Shown here: positions 9,045 to 15,138 of the stretch, one piece after another
How positions within the stretch are numbered: position 1 is the first letter of the stretch
Layout: every line of letters begins with the position of its first letter
Assembly: GCA_964629385.1 (NCBI GenBank)
Contig: CAZVUR010000001.1
Span: 1 to 42,165 of the forward strand
DNA from: an uncultured Candidatus Saccharibacteria bacterium
Lineage (GTDB): Bacteria; Patescibacteriota; Saccharimonadia; Saccharimonadales; Saccharimonadaceae
Direction: 5' to 3'
DNA length: 42,165 nt
Made by a program: the position numbers and the translations under genes
Notes under the pieces: generated by a model
The model's database searches: none
Seen by the model: the letters and a program-made list of their open reading frames with translations, nothing else
What the model was told of the DNA's origin: nothing

Positions 9045-9185
9045 ATGAGGCGCAGGCTGAGGAGGATCAAGCACGGGATCTTCGGACACCCCCGCGAGGA
9101 CATGATCTTCGGCGACATGGTCGAAGGCAACACCTGCACGTCGTGTGGGTGGAACTTCAAGCGGGCCGACATCACCGTGGGCTGA
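9045..9185 (+). CDS. GC-rich foreign small ORF 1b (46 aa, CxxC)
   Basis: ATG lies 5 nt after the ORF 1a stop. Same G/C-rich third-position bias. Sequence MRRRLRRIKHGIFGHPREDMIFGDMVEGNTCTSCGWNFKRADITVG. Below the 60-aa track cutoff as a separate ORF. Confidence 0.5.
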   Translation: MRRRLRRIKHGIFGHPREDMIFGDMVEGNTCTSCGWNFKRADITVG

Positions 9186-9194
9186 CAACAACCC

Positions 9195-9298
9195 CAACTA
9201 CACCCTCAGGAGAGGAGAGCACCCGAGCATGGGAGCCCCTCGAATGAGGGTGCTTCCATATCTAAATGTTCCTGAAACACATCCACCAGCCCCAGCCA
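9195..9298 (+). repeat. Cassette 3' module M, copy A (GC-rich hairpin half plus AT-rich linker plus core copy 1 at 9268-9298)
   Basis: CAACTACACCCTCA...GGGAGCCCCTCGAATGAGGGTGCTTCC-ATATCTAAAT-GTTCCTGAAACACATCCACCAGCCCCAGCCA. Aligns with copies at 10073 and 10627. Confidence 0.8.
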
Positions 9299-9363
9299 AG
9301 CTTAAGTATTATAAATAGGCCTTTTGGGTCTATTTTGTTATTATCGTTTTAGTGAAAAATTTA

Positions 9364-9495
9364 ATGAACAAAAAGATCGCAAATCAATCCAAGCGTAATA
9401 TTCTTTTCCTATACATATTATTTTTTGTTGGAGTTCTGATTTTTCTTTACGCAATTTTTGTGACATTGCGATACGTTCTTACTGAATCTTGGTAG
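9364..9495 (+). CDS. Small hydrophobic peptide (43 aa), native AT-rich composition
   Basis: MNKKIANQSKRNILFLYILFFVGVLIFLYAIFVTLRYVLTESW. One TM helix. The stop lies 5 nt before core copy 2. No clear RBS was seen. Confidence 0.35.
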   Translation: MNKKIANQSKRNILFLYILFFVGVLIFLYAIFVTLRYVLTESW

Positions 9496-9500
9496 TATTC

Positions 9501-9530
9501 TTCCTGAAACACATCCACTAGCCCCAGCCA
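9501..9530 (+). repeat. tRNA-3'-end-like core repeat, copy 2
   Basis: TTCCTGAAACACATCCACTAGCCCCAGCCA. It is followed by AAGACGCTTATGGTTTAAAT, which matches the trailer after copy 5 (10923-10941). Confidence 0.8.
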
Positions 9531-9578
9531 AGACGCTTATGGTTTAAATACTTCATTCGGAAGTCTATTTGTTTATGC

Positions 9579-9608
9579 TTGCAATTCCTTATTATTAAAC
9601 GGTAATCT
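9579..9608 (+). promoter_or_regulatory. Sigma70-like promoter P2 driving GC-rich cassette 2
   Basis: TTGCAA (9579-9584), 18 nt, TAATCT (9603-9608). The composition jump at ~9617 coincides with the predicted +1. Confidence 0.5.
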
Positions 9609-9645
9609 ATATTTACACGTTCCACACCGAGCTAAGGAGAGTGCG

Positions 9646-10089
9646 ATGGACGTGAGTATCAAACCAGCAGATAAGCAGGCGCGTGAGGCAGTCATCAAGG
9701 CGCGCGAAGACAAGGAGGCTGCTCGGGTTGCGCGCAAAGAGAAGCGCAAGAAGCGGAAGGCCGAGAAGCGAGACCCGGTCGTTGCCAAACGGCTCAGGCG
9801 GCGGATCGAGAAAGAAGTTCTCGCTGATCTTCTCACCGAGAAGCGGTGCTACCTCAATGCTCAGCCTTCGACCGGCCAGTATGTGATCGACACGCGAATT
9901 CGCTACGGCTGGACGCTGAAGCGGAAGTGGCGTTACGACAAAGACACCGTCGAGCGAATCTTCCTGGAAGTGCTCGCAAGTCACAACGGTTTCGAGCACA
10001 AGGCCGACTACCGTTGTCAGGGCCCGTGGTGGTGTGTCCGAATCGATGTTCAGTACACCCTGCTGGACCACTCAAGTACACCCTCATGA
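9646..10089 (+). CDS. GC-rich foreign ORF 2, hypothetical (147 aa): Lys/Arg/Glu-rich N-terminal half, Trp/Cys-containing C-terminal domain
   Basis: ATG lies 6 nt after AAGGAGAG. G/C-rich third positions. The last codons and the TGA lie inside module M copy B. Confidence 0.7.
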   Translation: MDVSIKPADKQAREAVIKAREDKEAARVARKEKRKKRKAEKRDPVVAKRLRRRIEKEVLADLLTEKRCYLNAQPSTGQYVIDTRIRYGWTLKRKWRYDKDTVERIFLEVLASHNGFEHKADYRCQGPWWCVRIDVQYTLLDHSSTPS

Positions 10090-10172
10090 GAGGAGACGCG
10101 ACCAAGTTGGGAGCCCCTCGAATGAGGGTGCTTCCATATCTAAATGTTCCTGAAACACATCCACTATCCCCA
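10073..10172 (+). repeat. Cassette 3' module M, copy B (core copy 3 at 10146-10172, truncated before GCCA)
   Basis: Identical to copy A over GGGAGCCCCTCGAATGAGGGTGCTTCCATATCTAAATGTTCCTGAAACACATCCAC. Runs directly into promoter P3. Confidence 0.8.
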
Positions 10173-10188
10173 ATTGTGGGTTAGATGA

Positions 10189-10217
10189 TTGACATAATAT
10201 TATTTATTTGTTATAAT
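10189..10217 (+). promoter_or_regulatory. Consensus sigma70 promoter P3 driving GC-rich cassette 3
   Basis: TTGACA (10189-10194), 17 nt, TATAAT (10212-10217) with TG at 10209-10210. Confidence 0.75.
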
Positions 10218-10267
10218 ATATTTAAGACGTGACTTTCACGTCCGAACCGAGTGAGAAAGGCATTCAG

Positions 10268-10615
10268 ATGCCGAAGTACGCGTTCAACAGCAAGAAGATT
10301 GTCGACCTCGTCGACGAGGACGAGGACTTGGTCCGGATCCTGGACCAGAAGACGGTTCGGGCTGACAACGTCCAGATCAAGGGCTACCCGACCAAGATGG
10401 ACGGCCATCTCTACCCCGTCAACTTCGTGCTCACCACTTCGAGCTACTACTACGAGGTCTCCATCTACCTGGAGACCGCCGAGATCCAGAAGTGCGACAT
10501 CTCCAGCTCCAGCGTGATCGAGTCCGACGTGTTCACTGCGCTGGACGACTTCACCGAGAAGCTGATGGCAATCCTCGAGGAGGTCGAGTCCGCCGAGAAG
10601 ATCGCCGCCGTCTGA
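10268..10615 (+). CDS. GC-rich foreign ORF 3, acidic hypothetical protein (115 aa)
   Basis: ATG at 10268 lies after GAGAAAGG. 19 of the first 20 codons end in G/C (hand count). The track ORF begins at an upstream GTG (10229) that lacks an RBS. Confidence 0.7.
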   Translation: MPKYAFNSKKIVDLVDEDEDLVRILDQKTVRADNVQIKGYPTKMDGHLYPVNFVLTTSSYYYEVSIYLETAEIQKCDISSSSVIESDVFTALDDFTEKLMAILEEVESAEKIAAV

Positions 10616-10626
10616 ATCAGCTCGCT

Positions 10627-10733
10627 CAACTACACCCTCATGAAAGGACAAGCGCCTGCAACAATGGAGCTCCTCGATTGAGGGTGCTTCCATTTGTAAA
10701 TTCTTCCTGAAACACATCCACTAACCCCAGCCA
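10627..10733 (+). repeat. Cassette 3' module M, copy C (core copy 4 at 10704-10733)
   Basis: CAACTACACCCTCATGAAAGGA...GGAGCTCCTCGATTGAGGGTGCTTCC-ATTTGTAAATTC-TTCCTGAAACACATCCACTAACCCCAGCCA. The hairpin arms are preserved through C-to-T (G:U) changes. Confidence 0.8.
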
Positions 10734-10734
10734 T

Positions 10735-10768
10735 AGAAAAAGACTGAGCATCTGCTCGGTCTTTTTCT
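10735..10768. terminator. Strong bidirectional-looking hairpin terminator
   Basis: AGAAAAAGACTGAGC-atct-GCTCGGTCTTTTTCT, a ~15 bp stem flanked by an A-run and a T-run. Confidence 0.65.
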
Positions 10769-10769
10769 A

Positions 10770-10904
10770 TAACTCGGGCCGGGACTACGAGCCCCCGATG
10801 CTTTTGCAAAGCAAAAGTCGGGGAGTTCGGCGTAGCGCAGCGATGATAAGAAAGCACCGAAGGTATTTTCTTATCAAGCAAGCGGAGGAGGCCTCATGGC
10901 AGAT
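10770..10904 (+). other. GC-rich structured non-coding segment abutting the tRNA-Gln 3'-end repeat (probable element-side arm of an att junction)
   Basis: No credible ORF. Hairpins CCCCGA..GCTTTTGC-aaa-GCAAAAG..TCGGGG and GATAAGAAA-12 nt-TTTCTTATC. Confidence 0.4.
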
Positions 10905-10922
10905 ATCCCTCCACCCCAGCCA
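10905..10922 (+). repeat. Exact 18-nt direct repeat of the tRNA-Gln 3' end (core copy 5, putative attR)
   Basis: ATCCCTCCACCCCAGCCA is identical to 1070-1087. Confidence 0.85.
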
Positions 10923-10936
10923 AGATGCTTATGTTT

Positions 10937-10962
10937 AAAATGACGAGAAATCGTCATTTTTT
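10937..10962 (+). terminator. Intrinsic terminator, likely the displaced original tRNA trailer terminator
   Basis: AAAATGACGA-gaaa-TCGTCATTTT followed by TT. Confidence 0.6.
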
Positions 10963-10971
10963 ATTGCTAAA

Positions 10972-11388
10972 ATGATAAGTATGAAATCAGTCGCTAAGCT
11001 TTTAATCAAGAATGGTAATGAGTTTTTAATGATGTACAGGAGTGATCATCCAACCTTTGGTATTGACCCTGATCTACCTGGCGGAACAGTGGAAGGAAGC
11101 GAGACCGTACTTCAAACCATGCTGAGAGAAGTCTACGAGGAGATCGGTGTAGTAGTTGAATCAAGTAAAGCTAGTGAAATATTCTCAGGTAACGACTATT
11201 CGGCACATGGGACTTACTATTCTCTGTTTATTACAGAGGTCGAGGACAAACCAGAGATACGCATGAGCTGGGAGCACTCATCGTATGAGTGGCTCAAGGA
11301 GTCGGAGTTTATAGAAAAGGCGGCTAGCGCAAAAGATACCTATATGCACATGGTTAGTGAGGTTCTAGCGTCGTATTCAATGTCATAA
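10972..11388 (+). CDS. NUDIX hydrolase
   Basis: Nudix box GGTVEGSETVLQTMLREVYEEIGV. Native composition. The start may be the ATG at 10981. Confidence 0.8.
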   Translation: MISMKSVAKLLIKNGNEFLMMYRSDHPTFGIDPDLPGGTVEGSETVLQTMLREVYEEIGVVVESSKASEIFSGNDYSAHGTYYSLFITEVEDKPEIRMSWEHSSYEWLKESEFIEKAASAKDTYMHMVSEVLASYSMS

Positions 11389-11390
11389 TA

Positions 11391-11420
11391 TTCCTGAAAC
11401 ACATCCACTAGTTCCAGCCA
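11391..11420 (+). repeat. tRNA-3'-end-like core repeat, copy 6
   Basis: TTCCTGAAACACATCCACTAGTTCCAGCCA begins 2 nt after the NUDIX stop codon. Confidence 0.75.
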
Positions 11421-11435
11421 CGCTAAAGCATTACA

Positions 11436-11469
11436 AGTAAGTGCCAGAGAAATCCGGCACTTACTATTT
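11436..11469. terminator. Hairpin terminator between the convergent NUDIX and hsp20 genes
   Basis: AGTAAGTGCC-10 nt-GGCACTTACT followed by ATTT. Confidence 0.5.
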
Positions 11470-11477
11470 AGCGCAGC

Positions 11478-11807
11478 TTAGCTTTCAATAGCAATCTGCT
11501 TTGGCTTTGGTAGTTCTTTAAACTGGATAGATACTTTCAGAACACCATCTTTCATCTTAGCCTTAATAGATTCTTCATCTGCAGCTTCTGGCAAGCGAAT
11601 GCTGCGGTAAAAGCTTGAAGAGCTTTCGCGCACAATATACTTTTTGTCTTTATCCTTTTCTTTCTCATGTCGCTCGGCACGAATAACCAAGTTTCCTTTG
11701 TCAACATTAATAGTTACGTCTTTTTGATCAAAATTAGGTAAATGTGCTTCGACATGAAGTTCTTTGTCGTCTTTTGACGTATAAACATCTGTTGCTGGCA
11801 GTTGCAT
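11478..11807 (-). CDS. Hsp20/alpha-crystallin small heat-shock protein. The coding region probably extends upstream to ~11888-11900.
   Basis: Alpha-crystallin domain (VDKGNLVIRAERH...FYRSIRLP...DGVLKVSI). The in-frame upstream sequence encodes KFDPFAEIQALQKQFFSDDWF, typical of an Hsp20 N-terminus, and has no ATG. Confidence 0.8.
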   Translation of the reverse strand: MQLPATDVYTSKDDKELHVEAHLPNFDQKDVTINVDKGNLVIRAERHEKEKDKDKKYIVRESSSSFYRSIRLPEAADEESIKAKMKDGVLKVSIQFKELPKPKQIAIES

Positions 11808-11968
11808 TGTACGACCCGGCGAAAACCAATCGTCTGAAAAGAATTGTTTTTGTAAGGCTTGGATTTCCGCAAACGGATCAAATTTAATTAAGCTACTCGT
11901 CGTAACCTCCTTTCATTTGATTGTTAGTGCGAAAAGGATAAACCTTTTCTATTTCCGTTATAGCAAAA

Positions 11969-11995
11969 TTAGCACTCTCATGTCAAGAGTGCTAA
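11969..11995 (-). promoter_or_regulatory. CIRCE element (HrcA operator) upstream of hsp20
   Basis: TTAGCACTC-tcatgtcaa-GAGTGCTAA, a perfect match to the CIRCE consensus TTAGCACTC-N9-GAGTGCTAA. Confidence 0.85.
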
Positions 11996-12177
11996 TCAAA
12001 GTATGGAATTTGCCTGCTTCACCTGTGATGTACAGTTCGTTATAACGATGTGATGATTATATATTTTGTAACTGTGCTAATATTATTGCGTTTTAGTTTA
12101 ATTACCATAACTTGCTGAACCCAAAGCAACAAGCATGTATTGCGTATAGCAATTTTTAGCGCATAATTAAGCCATAC

Positions 12178-14160
12178 ATGAAAACCATGATTTTAGGTGT
12201 ATCACTCAAGCAGTTACTTACAATATTTGTCGTAAGCCCGCTACTGTTCGTGCTTACAGTGTACGCCGTAACGTCTATTGTGATTCAGAGCTGGGCTGTG
12301 GCAATAGCTGGCGTTTTGTTGATTCAACTGTTTCAAGTGGTGTGCCAAGTAATTGTGAGTAAGTTAATACGCGTGTTTGGCGTTTTTATATTGTTAATAA
12401 ACTGCTTTATTGGTTATGGGCTTGCCTTATGGATAGCGCTACTATTTCTGCCAGGTTTTGAAACAGTCACACTTGGCGAAAGTATTATGATTGCATGGCT
12501 TTATGCCCTTATTGTCACCATTATTCAATGGGCATTTGTGGCATCATCTGATGATTTTTTACTCGAGCAGTTTATTCGTACCTCAAAAAAATCCTCGCCC
12601 AAGGCATATGATAGCCCAGGGTTTATTTTTGTTCAGCTAGACGGCGTTTCTTCGCACCTACTTGATTGGCAGTTAAAAACTGGCAACATGCCAAACATTG
12701 GCCGCTTGGTGCAATCGGGTGAGTACGCATTTGAAACATACCGCACCCAAATTCCATCAACCACCCCGGCATCACAAGCTGGCTTACTCTTTGGCACGAA
12801 TGACCAGATTCCAGCATTTAGATGGTACGAACGCCAAACAGGCAAGCTTATCGTTGCTAATCAGCAATCAGGCGCCCAGCTAATCGAAAAGCGACTAAGC
12901 ACTGGTAATGGGTTATTGGCCGACGGCGGGGTAAGCCTGGGCAATCTTTTTAGCGGTGACGCAGCCGAAAGCATTATGGTTATGAGCAAGCTCCAGGGTA
13001 ATACCGGCTCAAAGGCCACCATGGGGCAATATTCTCGCTACTTATCAAGTCCGCATGGCTTTATGCGCCTGTTTATTTTATCTCTCGGCGAAGTAGTAAA
13101 AGAAATCTTCCAGGCCAGGCACCAGCGCATTAAGAATATAACGCCGCGTGTCGATAGGCACGCCAGTTACATGGTGCTGCGGGCCGCGACTAACGTATTT
13201 TTACGCGAACTACAAACAACAATCGTACTCGATAAAATGAGCCGAGGAGTCAACTCGCTATACGTCGATTACTTAGACTACGATGAAATTGCGCACCACG
13301 CAGGGATTGCACGGCCAGAATCGCTTGATGCACTTAGCGGCCTAGATAAAGTTGCGGGCATTCTTACTAAAGCCGCTACCTACGCCATGCGGGAATACCA
13401 TGTCGTATTCGTATCAGATCATGGTCAAAGCCAAGGCCAAACATTTTTGCAACTGAATAACGGCACTAGCCTGGAATCTGTTCTAGCGAATACAGTAGGT
13501 ACCAACGCAGTGCAGAGTGATACCGACGAAAGCGAAACCTACACTGCAGTCCGTAACTTAGCGTCACAGCAAAAGCAATTTAGAAAAATCGCCCCACAGG
13601 CTACCCGTAGCTCTACCACGCTTCAATCAAAAGTTGTCGTCACAGGCTCTGGCAATCTAGGCAACGTATGGCTGACTGAATTTACAAGCAGGCCAACCAA
13701 GGAACAGCTTGAACAAACGTACCCTCAGTTAATTCCAAAATTACTTGCTACACCAGGGATAGGTCTCATTCTTGTTCATTCAAAAAAGCAGGGGCCTATT
13801 GCCATAGGCAAAGAGGGCACCATACAACTGGAAACTGCTACAGTAACCGGCAAGAATCCGCTCGCTAGTTACCCCAGTGCCCTGGCGAGCGAACTTTTAC
13901 GCTTACGCGCCATGAAAAATACGCCGGATATTACCATCATATCGAGTTATGACCCTTCGACCGGTGAAGTGCACGCTTTTGAAGAATTGGTCGGCAACCA
14001 TGGTGGGATTGGCGGCTGGCAAACGGATGCCTTATTACTTCATCCGAAATCTTTACGAATTAAGAAACGCTTTTATACAGATGGAAAGCTCATTAATAGC
14101 ACGACGATACATAATATATTCATTGACTGGATGAAAGACGCCGGGCAGAGAAAGGCGTAG
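12178..14160 (+). CDS. Membrane protein with an alkaline-phosphatase-superfamily domain (nucleotide pyrophosphatase/phosphodiesterase-like)
   Basis: ~4 N-terminal TM helices, then VQLDGVS, STTPASQAGLL, DYDEIAHHAG and VSDHGQS metal-site motifs. Confidence 0.65.
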   Translation: MKTMILGVSLKQLLTIFVVSPLLFVLTVYAVTSIVIQSWAVAIAGVLLIQLFQVVCQVIVSKLIRVFGVFILLINCFIGYGLALWIALLFLPGFETVTLGESIMIAWLYALIVTIIQWAFVASSDDFLLEQFIRTSKKSSPKAYDSPGFIFVQLDGVSSHLLDWQLKTGNMPNIGRLVQSGEYAFETYRTQIPSTTPASQAGLLFGTNDQIPAFRWYERQTGKLIVANQQSGAQLIEKRLSTGNGLLADGGVSLGNLFSGDAAESIMVMSKLQGNTGSKATMGQYSRYLSSPHGFMRLFILSLGEVVKEIFQARHQRIKNITPRVDRHASYMVLRAATNVFLRELQTTIVLDKMSRGVNSLYVDYLDYDEIAHHAGIARPESLDALSGLDKVAGILTKAATYAMREYHVVFVSDHGQSQGQTFLQLNNGTSLESVLANTVGTNAVQSDTDESETYTAVRNLASQQKQFRKIAPQATRSSTTLQSKVVVTGSGNLGNVWLTEFTSRPTKEQLEQTYPQLIPKLLATPGIGLILVHSKKQGPIAIGKEGTIQLETATVTGKNPLASYPSALASELLRLRAMKNTPDITIISSYDPSTGEVHAFEELVGNHGGIGGWQTDALLLHPKSLRIKKRFYTDGKLINSTTIHNIFIDWMKDAGQRKA

Positions 14161-14179
14161 TTTTGCTACAATTAATCAC

Positions 14180-14767
14180 GTGAATCCGAGCTCGCAAACA
14201 TTCATGAAGTTACCGCTCTGGGTATATATCATAGGCTGGATAGCGTTTTGCTATTTATTCATAACGATGATTGGATTTACGCCAGCAGCAATTAATAACC
14301 CAGTAGTCGCCGGTATGTACTTAATTGATTTTGGCGTGCATGAGGTTTCACATATACTTGCCTCTGCATTCCCGCCGATTATTACTGCTGCTGCTGGCTC
14401 ACTAGGCGAGGTATCGTTTACGATTCTGTTATTCATAGCAGTACTCCGGTCAAAATCTTATTTTGCCGTCGTTTTTGCTGGGTTGTGGGTTATGCTAGGG
14501 TTCTTAAGCTTTGGCACATACGTTGCCGATGCACAGGCCCAAGCACTGCCACTTATAAGCATGTCCGAAACGGCCAAGCACGACTGGAACTTTGTATTGT
14601 CTCAATTAGGCTGGCTTGAGTACTGCACCATACTAGGCAACATAATCAATGGCATTAGCATCATGATTGGTGTAGCCAGTCTACTTTTTGGCTTATTCTT
14701 GCTTTATAAAAAGATTCAGCGCTTAATACAAGCTCGTTCTTTGCAATCAAAAACTCGCCTCCAGTAG
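14180..14767 (+). CDS. Polytopic membrane protein, hypothetical
   Basis: Hydrophobic ORF of 195 aa. The track start is a GTG, and an ATG at 14204 is an alternative start. Confidence 0.5.
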   Translation: MNPSSQTFMKLPLWVYIIGWIAFCYLFITMIGFTPAAINNPVVAGMYLIDFGVHEVSHILASAFPPIITAAAGSLGEVSFTILLFIAVLRSKSYFAVVFAGLWVMLGFLSFGTYVADAQAQALPLISMSETAKHDWNFVLSQLGWLEYCTILGNIINGISIMIGVASLLFGLFLLYKKIQRLIQARSLQSKTRLQ

Positions 14768-14797
14768 AAGCGAGTCATTGATTATGCAGGAAAAAGG

Positions 14798-15118
14798 TTA
14801 CTTGTCGTCTTCTAGCCCAACCACTACGCCGCCAGATGCACCAAGAACTACGTTGTAGAACCAACCCTGCACAAGACCAAGTACCCAACCAATCGCGAAG
14901 TACATAAGTGGTAACACGATTAAGCTAAATAGTCCTACGGACATGCCGAACATCAACCCTGCAAGCAGGCTGTTTGTTTCGTCAGCCAATCCTAATGTTG
15001 CACGAACGCTATAAAAGATTGCCACGCCTAGGCCGAGCACGGCTGCGAATGCACCCTGGAACATTGCAACGCTTGTTGGCTTAAGGCTTACAACTCGTTT
15101 TGATTCTAACTTTGCCAT
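14798..15118 (-). CDS. Small membrane protein, hypothetical
   Basis: 106 aa with 3 predicted TM helices. Confidence 0.5.
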   Translation of the reverse strand: MAKLESKRVVSLKPTSVAMFQGAFAAVLGLGVAIFYSVRATLGLADETNSLLAGLMFGMSVGLFSLIVLPLMYFAIGWVLGLVQGWFYNVVLGASGGVVVGLEDDK

Positions 15119-15138
15119 GATATTGTCTCCTTATATCC

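Noticed and set aside
9229-9321. Small conserved ORF inside module M (MGAPRMRVLPYLNVPETHP...), preceded by an SD-like GAGAGGAG. It starts at ATG in copy A and TTG in copy B.
   Set aside because: Copy C has a 1-nt deletion that breaks the frame (ATG GAG CTC CTC GAT TGA). The substitutions fit hairpin maintenance with G:U pairs. A remnant of a donor gene start cannot be excluded.
8542-10717. Many overlapping track ORFs in the GC-rich blocks: 8542-8886(-), 8721-9185 N-terminal part, 8747-8971, 8784-9020(-), 9573-9836(-), 9613-10071(-), 9683-9886, 9846-10184, 9854-10105(-), 10211-10717(-), 10251-10517 and 10492-10710.
   Set aside because: These are Arg/Pro/Ser-rich off-frame or antisense ORFs, typical of stop-codon-poor GC-rich DNA. 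They lack RBS and start context and overlap better-supported ORFs.
9195-10733. Integron attC sites.
   Set aside because: No IntI-type tyrosine recombinase or attI is present. The R''/R' consensus (RYYYAAC...GTTRRRY) is matched only sporadically (GCTCAAC in copy C). Each cassette carries its own promoter, unlike integron cassettes. The analogy is kept only as a concept.
8468-11420. CRISPR array, suggested by regularly recurring ~30-nt repeats.
   Set aside because: The intervals are 170-700 bp and contain promoters, ORFs and terminators. The repeats are diverged, resemble a tRNA 3' end and are not palindromic CRISPR-like units. No cas genes are in the window.
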